In this document: in pieces, positions 16,817 to 30,425 of the stretch
Position numbering within the stretch: the stretch's first letter is position 1
Layout of the letters: every line of letters begins with the position of its first letter
Source of the DNA: Eledone cirrhosa
Taxonomy: Eukaryota
Length of the DNA stretch: 64,000 nt
Reading direction: 5' to 3'
Assembly (NCBI GenBank): GCA_964016885.1
Contig: CAXHJY010000289.1
Span: 1-64,000, forward strand
Program-made: the position numbers and the translations under genes
Notes under the pieces: model-generated
The model's database searches: none
What the model was told of the DNA's origin: nothing
What the model saw: the letters and a program-made list of their open reading frames with translations, nothing else

Positions 16817-17335
16817 TTAATGCCTCGACCAAATTAACAGCGGAGGTGGGTGTTCTGAAAGTACAGTAACCAGAGTGAGGATGGGATAGAAGTTCAGGGA
16901 GCTACTACCACTGCTAGCTACAAAAGGCTTTTCCTTTAAAATGAAAGGCAGATTGTACAATGCATGTATACAAGCAGCAATGTTGCATGGTAGTGAGTCC
17001 TGGGCACTGTGTGCAGAGGACTTACAAAGATTGGAGAGAAATGAAGCTTGCATGCTTCGATGGATGTGTAATATACGTGAACAGCAAAGCATAAACGAAC
17101 TGAGAGAGAAACTAGGCATAAGAGGAAGCAGTTGCAGTGTGCAGGAGAGGAGATTGTGTGTGTGATACGTATGAAGGATGACAGCTGTATAAAAAAGATG
17201 CAGAGTGTTCAAAGTTGATGGAAGACTTGGGATGAGGTGATAAAAGCTGACCTTGCACGATTGCACCTCTCAAAGGCGATGACACAGGACAGGGATCTCT
17301 GGCGTTATGCAGTAATTCAGAAGACCCGCCTTCCT
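16817..17335 (+). pseudogene. Decayed RTE 3' ORF fragment (same family as 3845-5498)
   Basis: MKGRLYNACIQAAMLHGSESWALCAEDLQRLERNEACMLRWMCN is near-identical to the minus-strand RTE protein; stops and deletions present. Confidence 0.9.
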
Positions 17336-17384
17336 ATGTGTACAGGCTGAAGCATACATATAGTATTCACCTCCACCACCACCC

Positions 17385-18480
17385 CTCCCATACTGCTGAT
17401 CAGAGGTTTCAACGCTGCTTGTGATATGTTCGGTCTTGTAATTAATCTGAAAAAGACTGTTGTAGTGCATCAACCTGCTCTTGGGCAGCAGACAACTGCA
17501 CCTCAAATCCTTGTTGAGGGTACAATGATGAAGACAGTGACTTCTTTTGAATACCTTGGTAGTATCATACAAGCTGATGGCAAATTGGACACCGAAATCA
17601 CATCTCATATAAAAAAAAATGTAGCAAAAGCTTTTTGTGGACTAAAAATTAAAGTCTGATCACAACAACATCATATTAAATGGGAGACTATGATTGCTGT
17701 ATACATGTTATTTGTAGTCATCCGAGATATAGACGTTGTACACACAGCATGTTAAAATGTTGCAGTTTCACCAAAAAGGCCTCCTGCATATATACAAAAT
17801 AAGCTGAAACACATTTGTTCCAGACACAGATTCCTGCTAGGGCATAAGTTACATTTACTGAAGCTATGATTATTAAGAATCAGTTAAGATGGACATGTCA
17901 CATGATTCATATGTGTAACGGACGCACCCCCAAGAAAATGTTTTATGGCAAACTCAAGCTGGGCAAAAGGATAAATAGTAAGCCAACGAAGAGATACAGA
18001 CATGCTAAAAATTAACTTTAAATGCCTTAACATATCCTACAAATATTTTGAATCATGGGCAGCAGATGGAATGGCCTGGAGAAATGCTATCTGGAAAGGA
18101 GTTAAATCATTTGAAACGGAGAGAGTAAAACATGCAGAATTGGAAAGAAAAGTGCAGAAGAATGAGACCAACAGTAATAATGATGAATCTTATCCAGTGT
18201 TTTTCAATTGCCCTGTGTGCCCTAAGGTGTCTCTTTTGAACATTGGCTTGAAGTCACACCAACGAGCACATGATGGTAAAGTTAACTATTCAAACTTCAT
18301 TGCAGTGAATCAGTTTCAATGCCATGTTTGTCAGAAAAGTTACAAATCAGATGGTGGACTGAAGTGACATCTAAAAATACACAATAAGCAAACAGAAAGT
18401 GGAAATAAGAACGAAATAATCATTGTATTATTTGTGTGCAGGTTTTTTCGCAGGCTTTCAAGACTCAAAATCTCATGCCA
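17385..18480 (+). pseudogene. Decayed RTE of a second (BovB/RTE-1-like) family with C-terminal C2H2 fingers
   Basis: FGLVINLKKTVVVHQP...FEYLGS...AKAFCGL; WESWAAD..AWR-like motif; CPVC..GLKSHQRAH and CHVC..GLK*HLKIH. Confidence 0.8.
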
Positions 18481-18489
18481 GGAAGGAAT

Positions 18490-19119
18490 AGACGTGTGTA
18501 TAGGGAAAACTTTGTATGTAGATGTTCAGGGGTAATCAAAGGGAAGATCAACAGTGATATAAACCTTTTCCAATCACAGGAAGGATCCATAGACGTGATG
18601 GATAGCTTCTGCTATCTAGGCATCTCAATTAGTAGCGGAGGAGGGTGAATAAGGATAGGAGGGAAAAAGTTTAGTGAGCTACACTCACTGTTGACAACAA
18701 AAAGTTTTTCCCTACATACAAAAGGACACTTGTGTGCAAAGTGTGATGATGCATGGTAGTGAAACATGGGCAGTGACTGCAGAGGACATACATAGGCTGG
18801 AGAGAAATGAATAAACCATGCTTCGTTGGATGTGCAGTGTAAATGTGAGAAAAGGGTAGAGCTTGGATGAACTAGGGGAGAACTAGGTTTAAGAGGAATC
18901 CAAAGTGGTGTGCAAGATGGAGACATGATTGCTAGGTGAAGAAATGCCAGTGGAGGGAAGACACAGTAAAAGTAGACCAAGTATGATTTAGGCAGAGGTG
19001 GTGGTGAGAGCTGATCTCAAATCTCAGAGGCGATGACAAAGGAATGCAGCGAGTGGAGAAATGCTGTACTGGAAAGGACCTATCCAACCCATGCAAGTGG
19101 ATGTAAAAACGATGATGAT
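18490..19119 (+). pseudogene. Decayed RTE 3' fragment with (GAT)n tail
   Basis: EGSIDVMDSFCYLG..SSGGG, HGSETW remnants and tail CCCATGCAAGTGGATGTAAAAACGATGATGAT. Confidence 0.8.
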
Positions 19120-19132
19120 ATATGTATATTTA

Positions 19133-19168
<36 letters not shown>

Positions 19169-21399
19169 AGCACACACATACAACGATAGGTATACATGAG
19201 TTTGTGCACACTACCTATAAACAGTATTATCTGACAGTATATAGATTTGTAATATTGCCAATAGCAACTATGTATCTTAAACAATTTCCATCTAGCTTAA
19301 TTATATTACTGAAGGAAAAATGTTATTCTTACATGCAAAATCCTTTTATTTTTTACCTTTCTTTCTTTTTCTATTTAAGTCTCTAAACAAAATTCCTCTG
19401 GTTCTGAAAAATGTGAATATCTGTCACTCTTTTGTCTGTGTAGTAATTTTCATTCATATATATTTATGCTGTTTGTGTTGTGAAGCTTTTTTGAAAAAAA
19501 TCACATTAAAGATATTTTAATCTCCAAATCACCTGCTTCAATGTTTTATATTCATCACAAAGATTGAATACATATCAGTGCAGCTGTTTGGCTGTAAGGG
19601 ATTAACATTTTAGAAAGATAAGGAAGTGGGACATTTTTTTAAGATTCCATAGTAAAAAATTTTTTTTTTTCCTGTTGATCTTATTATAATGATGTGACAC
19701 CACTGATGTCTTTATTATTTATTAGAATACATGCAGATACACATGATGGTTGTTTTAACTCTTTCTCTCAAACATACCTTGTATTTTAAATAATTATTGA
19801 AGAATTTTGTGTGATTTACTAAAATTATTACTAAGATATTATTTATAACTTAACAAATTATATTTGGAATTTTTAGATATGAACTCTTTAAAATGTATTG
19901 CTTTATTTCAAAGAACTTGAGCCAGTTTGAGGTGGATTGGTACCAAAGTTAACATGTTTTGCAAGGATATGTATCACTTCATCTTTTAACCTTTTGGCAT
20001 TTACATTACTCTATATATACTATTGTATTTTCATGGTAAGGGCTTTATCTCACATAATATGGAATCTATGAGATTTTGATATTATTTATTTTGAGAACAA
20101 TACCGTAACATCAATATGAATGGCCGGTTACAGCCAGTTTGAACAGAAAGGGGTGAGAGAATTCTGGCCGGATATGGCTGGTTTAAGTGCTGAAGGCTAA
20201 CTTAATTAGTTTTACCTTTCCTACAATGTGTCATGACTAATTCATAATACATTTTAACCAAGAAACTCACTTACAGATATCTCTGTAGCAATATATTTAT
20301 TTTATCCATGATTTATGTCTCAAACTGTTTCCTATCCAATTAAGTCAGTTCAGTCATACATTTATTTAACTATGACTCTACTGCTTTCAAAACTTGATCC
20401 ATCAGCTTGAAACTCCTAGGGGAGGAACTTTAACTAAGGAAGGGCTTGAGGAATCCAAACTGGGAAATAATAGTGTATATATATCAAATGAAATACCAAT
20501 ATAACCAACTATAAAGGATATCTCAAATTAACAGTCATTGAAAAATGCTTCAGTCTTAATTCCATTTAGGATTATACAGCTATTGAGGTTTGAAAATCTT
20601 GCTCATGTTAATATGGTGCTTGGGTGAAAAGTTACTAGATAACAATTCAAAATGGAGAGGAATGTGGCCTGGGTATCAGAGAACCACTATACTGATATGC
20701 ATGTTAATATATTGCTATATTACATCACTGGAAATAATCCCTTACACACAAGCCAACAAAGGAACCTTTATTTGGTTGCTTGATCTACTAGAAATAGGGA
20801 CCAAATCTCCCCAAATTATCCTATAATCTAAAAATAACAAGGACACGAAAAATGTAGTCAGAACTATACAAAAAATATGGGATCCTCAGTTTGAATGCCT
20901 TTGATTAGAGATGATCTGGAGCTAAACTTGTTCTTACACAATTTCCTTATCAAAGTGAATGACAAAATTCTTCTCTTCCTTTCAAAAAGTTGTCAGCCAG
21001 GTTCCTCTCAATCTGATTTGGTGTATAATTAGTTCATTTTTAATTAGATTTTATTTATTTGTTTTGGTTGAGGGAGTAATTATTCTTTTACTGGTCTCAG
21101 TCATTTGACTGCAGCCATAATAGGGCACGCCTATGATTTAATCAATCATATTGATATTGGTTCTTATTTTATTGATCTCTGTTTTCTTGAACCACTAAGT
21201 TACTGGCAGATGTAAATATAGACAAGCACACACACATCATATATATCATCATTTAAAGTCCATTTTCCCTGCACAGATTCCCTTCAGCTAGCTTCATAAA
21301 CCAAAATTATGTGTGTGTGTGTGTATGATGACAATGATGATATATATAACAACACAACTCTATGGAGTAAGGTTAGCAACAAGACCACCATTAACACCA

Positions 21400-21760
21400 G
21401 CTGGATAATATTAGTAACTGCCAAAACTTCTCTAGTAGAATAAAACACATCTTCATCACCAGAAACAGTAAGCTCCATTCTATCATCTCATCAAAACACA
21501 TAAAACAGGACCCAACTTTAAAATTAGACCCATTTCTATAAAATTTCCTGGCTTCTTTCCAGACTTCTCAAACCTCTCCTTCACACTTTCCCCAGACATG
21601 TAGACAGTTCACAAGAAGTAGTCAACAGACTAAAAGAACTTGATCACACCACACTTGGACAGAATAGATACCTTTTTAGTTTAGGCGTAATTTCCCTCTA
21701 CACCTTTGTCCCTGCTATCAACTTAATTAGGGACATCATCATCAATACTACCGACCTCAA
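21400..21760 (+). pseudogene. Decayed Penelope-type RT fragment
   Basis: FYHLIKTHK...KIRPIS (21478-21537) and, in another frame, FSLGVISLYTFVP (21675-21713), matching the PLE RT motifs YxxPKxHK..RPI and SxDVxSLYT. Confidence 0.7.
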
Positions 21761-22048
21761 TTGTTTGAGACTCACTGCTGCTGACATCCGCTTCTGCAGT
21801 TCCAATCTACCAAATTCTATTCACAAGACATTAGTCCACCTAAGGCTATAGTAGACACTAACCGAAGGGTTTGTGCAGTGACACTATACCAAGAATCCTG
21901 TGGTTGTGAATTAAACTCCTTAACCATACAGACTTCCATGAACTATATTTTAGGGGTTATTCTGATAACATCTGTTTGACTACATTTCAGGTAACCATTT
22001 CAAAAAGGCTTTAAAAAATTATATCTTTACAAGTTGTGATTACATACC

Positions 22049-22280
22049 TTAACTCTTTTGATATCAAACAGCATGAAATTGGCCATTTCTACAATACAAT
22101 GTCTGTATATTTTGAAGTATTTACATTTGTCTAAAAACTGTTCATCTTAATTTAATGTAAGAACCTTAATGAGAAATTTAGTTATATTACTAAATCCCTT
22201 CAAATTCTTGATTATTTTTTTAATGATTTGAAAATTATAGGTGGTGCCTTTCATTAGAAATATGGTAATGAAAGGGTTAA
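22049..22280. mobile_element. piggyBac-like MITE family B (TTAA ends)
   Basis: TTAACTCTTTTGATA...TAATGAAAGGGTTAA; related copies at 30729-30939, 32882-33045, about 43555-43797 (-), about 51910-52139 and 56288 onward. Confidence 0.7.
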
Positions 22281-25200
22281 TCATTTAGTGCCTTTAGTTA
22301 CCAAAGACCAATTTGTATTGAAAATGAATATTGCATAGTTTCTTTGATGTATGTGTAAAAGAAAGGGAAAATCTGCTAAATGTTACAAGTGGAATCCAAA
22401 CCTATAACCTTGGATCATTTCCATTGGTGTTTATTGCTTATAAGTTCATTTATATGAAAGCACTTTTCATTGCCTGAAGCTAGTTTTTCTGTTTGAAGCC
22501 AGGGTTCCGCCAGTTAATATTCATTGTAATAAAATCTCTGAGAGAAGTAGAAAAAGAGGGAAAGAAACAACAGCAGCAGAAATAAAGATTGAAAAGCAAA
22601 CCAAAGTATAAATTGTCAAGAAAGGCACGGAAAGGTGGTGAAAGTATTCAAAAGTGTATATCTAAAATATTTCTATATAATATAGAACCCAACAAACATG
22701 TGGAATCTGATAAAATTAGATGTGAATGAATGATTACAAGGCTTTCTAGATTCATCTGTGAAATTATTTACAAAGTCTAATAAAATATTCAATATGGATT
22801 TTGATGGAAGGAGAAGGAATGTGGCCTAATGGTTAGGATGGAGCCATTGGCATAGTTTGTTTTGTAACCATGTAGTTTGGGGTTTGATCCCACTGCATAC
22901 ATGGTGCCTTGGGAAAATTCCTTCTGCCATGGCTTCACTCAGACCCTTTAAGTAAAATTTTGTAGATGGAAATTATGCTGAAGCCCTGTTCATCATTTGT
23001 GTGTGTGTGTTTCCATGTATGTCTTTACCTTGTTGACACTGCTTAAACCAGTGGTAGCATTTGATTTGTAAATTCTTGCAAAACATTTTACTCTTTTGAC
23101 ACCAAACTGCCTCTGGTTCTACAATTCTGAGATGTTTATTTTAAAATATCATCATTTTACCTCTGCTTTCCGTGCTGGTATGGATTGGACTGGTGTATAC
23201 ATTTATCTAAAAACCTTCCTTCATAATTTTATGTAAAAACCTTTGTTAAACTCTGCTCCAATGAGAAGCAGTTTAATGAGAAGGTCAGTTATATTACTAA
23301 TTGATTTATTTTTCGAATTAGAAATATACTAGTTTATAAAACTAGTAGGTAAATTCTATTTAGCTGACATAATTTTTGTTAGTAATTGATTCTGTAGTCT
23401 CTAAAACAAAAATTCTTAAATTGGGACCAATTTTGGAATTCCTGTGAGGAAATTATATTTAGTTTGAAACATTTCTCATTATTCACATACTGCATTTTGC
23501 TAAGTTTATTTCCCTTGATGTTAAACGATATAAGGCTGCTAATGCTATACATGCAAGGACAGCAATGGAAAAGACAGAGGTAGAGTCAGCCGAGGAACAC
23601 TTGGTGCCAAACATTCCAGAAGGACCTCAGACACACAGGAACCAGTTGGACAGGTGTGGAGAAAGAATTGTAGCAGATCAAGCATGTCAACTGAAACTTG
23701 CTATTTTGTTCCTTCTTAAAACAAAGAACTAAGGCTAAGAATGTTATACAATAGTGTTGTATATAAGGGTCCTTTTTTCTATGTGGAAGGTGGAATCAAA
23801 ATGGAGGAATTGATAAGGTGTGCTGAAAAAAGGGTTCAGAAACACTGCTCTAGTCCATGTTATTTATCTCCAATTCAGCCTTGATCCAGCAGACTTATGA
23901 TCAAAGGCATTCTAGCAACGATCGTCTCATTTTTTTTTATATCTATAACTATATTTGTTATCCGATGTGTCCTCTCTAATTTTAAATCACCGGGAGTGAT
24001 TTGAAGGGAACTTCGTTACTATTTCTAGCAAATTAAGTTAGCTCAAAGTATGGAGAGTTGATTTTATTAATAGCTACTCACTCTCTATTTCATTGCTCTA
24101 TCCCACCACCACTGTCACCCATACATTGTATGATGCCTATGTGAGATGGCTAGAAATGTAGGTGAAGACCTGCAAAGGCTATATAGAAATATAATAAATA
24201 TGATTTTATGTCTGTACAGTATAAATATAAGGGATGGGTTGGGTGAAATGTAAGTTTTAAAAAAGTCTGGGAATAAGAGACTTCAAATGTGAGAAACAAC
24301 TTGGGTGCTTATGATTAGAGGAACTGGTATAGACTTAAGAAAATTCTTGGAAGGATGTGGTCCAGACTAAAGTAAAAGAATTTGTGATAAGAAGAAATAA
24401 CTAAGAAGGGAGTCAGTAAGAAATGTTATTTTGCATAACTTGTAAAACCTATGATAGCATACTTGCCATAAGTAGAATTGTCTATTGCTCTCAATTTTAA
24501 AAAAATCTAATGGAATGTCTATGTAAACTCCTCTGTACTGATACATAAAGTTTGCTAAATAGTTCTCTAAATGAAACATTTTAATCTCAAAGTAGTAAAG
24601 CTATAATACTGAACACTGCTAATTCAAAAATTGGCTTAATCTGGGCTTGACTTATTATTAATCAGTCAAACTTTAGTTGTTAGATGAAAGGTCATTAGTA
24701 AATGAACAGCTTGTGTATATTTTTATATAATCTTTTATATTTTATTGTCCTTTTTCCCTTTCTCTCTTTAATAGCTACTTATTTATGTTTCACAGAAGAA
24801 AATGTTATCATTAACTGGGGTATAATAGGACATAATTTACTTAATTTAATATAGTAATAATTCCCAACCTATTATGTATTTTATTTTTTTTATAATTATC
24901 ATTGTCATTATCATAGCTTTTGATCCCCCACGCCCTACTACTGCCGTTTTTTGTTTTGCTTTTGCTGGATGGGAGGGAGGATGTATGATGCATAAAAGAA
25001 AAAAGAACATTTTATGTAAATATTTTTGGAGATGCAATAGAATTTGAACAAGTCATATTAAGTGTGATGAAAATCCTTGATGATAGCAGTGACTAACTAC
25101 AATAATAAAGAAATAAGACTCATAGTTTAGATTATGTGTTTAAGTGACAATCATGAGTCTATGAAAATACAATATTTCTGAACATTATATGGCATGAGAA

Positions 25201-26135
25201 ATTAATCTTAGATATTTTTTATTATTAGTTTACATTTTGGAAAATGATAATTCTGTTATCAACAAAATAAACTATGTATGTTTATGATGAAAATATCTTG
25301 TTTCACAGCATTTAAAGTTTTAGATATTTTTTTGCCTATGAATAAGAGTTGGTTTTGTTTTTAATTTCTTTTATTTTTCTAAATAGCTCAAGGGGCAGAT
25401 TCTGTGTGGTTAATTGGCATGCTAGAATTAGTAGCAAATTTCCCTTAAATCACACCTTAATGTCTTAAAAAAGGAAATGATACATTAGACAATTTTGTCA
25501 TAAATACCCCCCTCCCACTCCCCACCACGACCCCCAAAAAACGAATTTGACAATCACAGCTGGAACATCTTTGATCATAGGTCTGTTTAATTGGAACTGA
25601 CCTTGGGCTAAACAACAATTGTTTTTCTAAAGGGATATTGAATTGGCCATAATATCATTCTGACATGCACTTTTATTGACCTTGGAAGAAAGAAAAGCAA
25701 AACTGCCTCTAGTTAGATTTCATTGAAGAATTGCAAGACATCAAATTAGATGCCATAAAATAATTTACGTTGACATTATCTAACCTTTCCAACAAGTCTC
25801 TTGGCTACACAACATTTGGAATATCCATGATATAGTTATGGTAATGACTGACAACAAATAGAATTGCTGTTTCAATTTTAGTACCATATACAGTGTACAT
25901 AAAATGCTTGAACAAATATCATTTTTAAATGAAAGGGGAATTTTGAAAGACTGAGCATTTGATGAATTTTATTTTATGCTATATTTCTTAGATATAAACA
26001 TTTTACTTGCTACAGTTTCAATAGATGAAATAGGATTTGGTCTTTGGAAATGGTGGTTATGAATCAAACACTGCCTGCTAAGAAAATTTGTTGTGGATTT
26101 AGAAGAAAATAATCATTTTATTATTTGTTAATCTA

Positions 26136-26357
26136 AGGGCAGTGGATTGGCAGTATCAGTAGAACGTCGGACACCATACTTCGTAGCATAGTTATGGCCC
26201 TTTACATTCTGAGTTCAAATCCCGCCAAGGTTAGTTTTGCCTTTCATCCTTACGGAGGTCGATGAAATAAAGCACCAGTAATGCACTGGGGTTGATCTAA
26301 TCAACTTTCTTCTTCCCTTCAAATTGCTGGCCTTATACCAAAAGTAGAAAGAATTAT
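26136..26357 (+). mobile_element. Full-length tRNA-derived SINE (family A) with 15-bp TSD
   Basis: A-box-like TGGCAGTATCAG, B-box GAGTTCAAATCC, GCCTTTCATCCTT..GGTCGAT core; TSD TTATTTGTTAATCTA at 26121-26135 and 26358-26372. Further copies near 13225, 30430, 33720-33940, 36490, 42538-42790 (tandem), 51230 and 54540. Confidence 0.88.
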
Positions 26358-29300
26358 TTATTTGTTAATCTAGGGTAACATCGTTATTGGTCAATAAAAT
26401 AATGTACCAGTTAGGTACTGGAGGGGAGGAAGACAATTTGACTAACCCCTCCACCCAAATTGGTTTATATTACATGTCTTAATTTTATTGTCTTGAAATT
26501 GACATTGGTAAGTGAATACATAAAGATGAAATAACAAAATAATCTCATTAAACTGACATCTCCAGTAGTATTACACAATGTGTAACAAGACTGGACCATT
26601 GAATAATAAGTATACTCTATCTGATGGCTTTCTGTATAGTTTCCATTTACTTACAAGCTTGGGTTAGCTCAAGGCTATGATTAAAAGAAAACACTTTCCC
26701 AAGATCCTCTGAGTGGAAGTGAACCGGGAACTGCATGTTTGTGAAATGAATTTCTTAATCACTCAGCCATACCTGTGTTCATATTTACTATGTCTAATTT
26801 ACTGATTCACTAACTTTTACAGGATGTCCACTTTTGGGAAAGCCATTTGTGAAAAGTATATCATGTGCAAGTAACTATGCGAAGTTATTTTAAATGCTAA
26901 GATATAGCTGCTGAAATGTACCTGTTAGATAAGCTTTAGCTTTAAATATACTTTCACTAAGAATTTTTTTATCTTTGTTAATATTGGCTAGAATCTTATA
27001 CAGAACTTTGATATATATTGCAAGACTGACTTAATTCATTCATAGATATATGAACTATATATCTAACAACCAGTCAGAGGAGAATTTGATATGTTTTTTA
27101 AGTAGATATACTTTACATCAGTTTACCTTTACTACCCTACATAAAATTGCTGGTGTAGTAAACAATGATATAGTTCCATGCTAAAATTAGAGGAAATCTT
27201 ATTTTCAGCTATAGTTTTCAAAATACTTGGAAAATTTCAACTACAGTTCGATATTATCTGTTTAATTTGTGTTAAAATATAATATGTAATGGTTTTTCTA
27301 AACATTTTAATATGAATTGCTCTGGGAAAATATCATTTCAGTACTTGATGTGTTGTGTGTGTGTGTTTAAAATTGATTTTGGTTGCTAAAAAGGGAATTC
27401 CTTCTTTGAGTTCTTATCTTTTAATGAGCCGTAGGGTCATTATCGTGAAATACAATGGATCTTGGGCATTTTAAACCTGGTGGAGCTCATCTCTCTCTCT
27501 AGATCAAGCAATGAATTATGTTGGAATAGATCTTCATAAGATATGTGTTGTTTTCAGTAAGAAAGAAAAAAAAATGTATTTATTGATCAAGGAGTTTTAT
27601 ATCAAGAGTTATTAGCTAACTATTTACTATTCCTGTTGAGAGAAATTTATTGCAATCTCCATCTGTTTACTTTGTACTAACATAACACTTCTCATGAAGT
27701 ACTCATTACCAACATATAAACTAACCTTAGCTTCAATCAAACCACATGTCAATTATCAGTTTTATACAACTCACCCACCTCTACCCCTCCCAATTATGTA
27801 CATTTTTTCCCCTTAAACATGATACAGGACTTAATGTGTAGTAATAATGGTAATAATTTCAATGAGTGCAGCTGTATACTTAAAACTGCTACATTAAAAA
27901 AACAGGGATAGGTTCCAAGTAACATTGTTTTTGTTTTGATGTTGATTCCAGCTCATTAGCTGATATCACATGTAACCAATCATATATTTATTTGGAGCTT
28001 TAAAATTTAATCTACTTCTCTCTGTTTCTGTTATAAATATATATATATATAAATAAAGTTTATCCCAGCTTCAATCGGGTGTAACCACAGTAAGGAAGGT
28101 ACTCAATACAGCTGAGTATAAATATTTAGTATAGAAATGGCTTCTGCAGATGATTTTTCCCGAATGAAACAGTTCTAGTCCTGTAGAAGCTATTTTTATA
28201 TTTATATATATGTGTTTCGTTTTTTTTTGTTTGTTTTTTTTTTGGTTTTTTTAGTGGGTAAGATTTTTTTAGTTTTGTTCTATCAATAGACATGGGGATG
28301 AATGGTAAAAGTGCTTGGACTTACAGGATAACCGTTTAAACCCTTGACATTCTGTCAGTGTGTAGGGAATATTACTTGTAGTTATTTTAAAAAAAGACAG
28401 CACCATTTCTCACTGATTATTAAACAATTGTCATTAGAAGTAGTCTCGTTCTGTGAAATACTTGTTTAAACACTATTATAATTTCTAAATTAGAAGGAAA
28501 AAATAAACTATTCATAGAAAAATGAATGTAATGTTTCATTCAAGTCATTAAAATTAAATCTAATAGCAAATTGCAATGGGGTTTTTTTAAATCATTATTT
28601 CACTATTTTTAAGAGCTCTTCTGCTAAAAGCCAATTCACTTCGATGTATTTAGAGAAGACTTATGGCTATGATACTGAAAGTTGGCATTAAAAACAAAAG
28701 TTAATCATCATTAGTTTGTGCCATTATTTCAACTATTAAAGTGTTATTTGAATAACTTAATTTGTCCATTCTTAGTATAAGTACTAGTCAAGTACTGGAT
28801 TTGATTCAATCTATTGTCCCTTCTTTCCCTAAAATGTGTTGCCTTGTGCTTGCTTACTTTACAAATTTATAGGAAGATGAGTTGTTATAGAGATGTATTA
28901 GGATTCAATGAGGTAAAAATAGCCCATTGTAGGTTGATATATATTAGATGAATATCTTGCCAAAGTGAAGGTGCATGGCCTAGTGGTTAAGAAATTGAAT
29001 TCACAATAATAATCATGAGTTTGATTGTTGGAGCAGGTATTATATTCTTGTGCAAGATGCAGTGTTGCTCCAGTCAACTCAGCTGAAAACAAGTGAATAC
29101 CAGCCAGAAGTAGGGAGAATATTTTCAATGTAGGACTGAGCACCCCTATCTTTAAAACACTCAAACATCCTTTGAGATTCAACCATGTAAGAGGCCAATT
29201 AATCTTGCATAGATTTGAGCTGTAACAACAGCAACAACATTTAAACGGCATATAAGGTAAGGGGGGAGGGGGGTTAAAAAATCACAACTTCAGCCATCTT

Positions 29301-30220
29301 CAAAGAAAAATGACACATTGGATAATGTAGACCTAAATACACTGTTGAGGTGGGGGCAGAGAACTCATAGGATGCTCACAGAATGCCATTGATCATAGGT
29401 TTACTCATCATCATTTTCCATATTACCAAGGGTTGTACTAGTTTTCATGGTAGTAGTGTACTAGGTGCATTTTATCATGGCACCAGCACTACTTCATTGT
29501 AGTCAGCAAATAAATCAGAACCCATGAAAAGCTTTAATTACATAGTTTACAATGATTAATATACATTGGGAAATGATGTATTGTGTAAGTAAATGAAGAT
29601 CCTATATCTCCTTCATTTTGTTCTTGTTACAGCTCACACATAGATTTAGCCAGCTTCCCATGACATTGGATCTCATCAGTTTCATGGGTATTTTAATGAT
29701 AGGGACTCCCAACTCTGTCACCATTTTTCTGGTGACGGGAAGCAGGGTGTGATTTGGAACCCATTAGTCAAAACAAGGTGTCCTATTCAACACTAACAAT
29801 AATTTATTCTGATGATGAGCAAAATAAATACTGCAATGACTATGCCAATTTGCTGCCTTTTTGCACCTTATTGGTGTAGATTCTTTAGATTATTCAAGAT
29901 AAATGTAGAAATCTAAATTACTGAAAAATTAATTGCTTTTGTTTACATTAGAACTGGCTAAATAGAGCAGTCACTGTGTGTGTGTGTGTGTGTGTAAAGC
30001 AGAAAGAATGTACCTGTTTTTGCAATATGGTTAGTCAGAATTTAGTTTAAGCTGAATATTTCCCTTGGGTGTTCTCTATTTTATATTAATTATTGTTGTT
30101 TTTGTAGCATTGAGTTTAAAATAGGTTTAAAGACTGAAAGGAAGAACAACTAAAACAACTTTGTTGTTGAGTGCATCATATTTAAATCCAAGTTTTTAGA
30201 ATGGTGAATTGACAAACTAA

Positions 30221-30425
30221 TTAACCCTTTAGCATTCACATTACTCTATATATACTATTATATTTTCATGGTAAAGGCTTTACCGCACATAATATCGAAT
30301 CTATGAGATTTTGAAAGTATTTATTTTGAGAACAATACCTTAACATCAGTTTGAACAGCCAGTTTCAACAGAAAGAGGTAGAGAATTCTGGCCAGTTTTG
30401 GCCGGTTTGAACATCAAAGGGTTAA
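30221..30425. mobile_element. piggyBac-like MITE family A (TTAA-CCCTTTAGCATT TIR)
   Basis: TTAACCCTTT...AAAGGGTTAA; homologous copies at 19986-20200, 56313-56541 (-) and 57030-57227. Confidence 0.8.
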
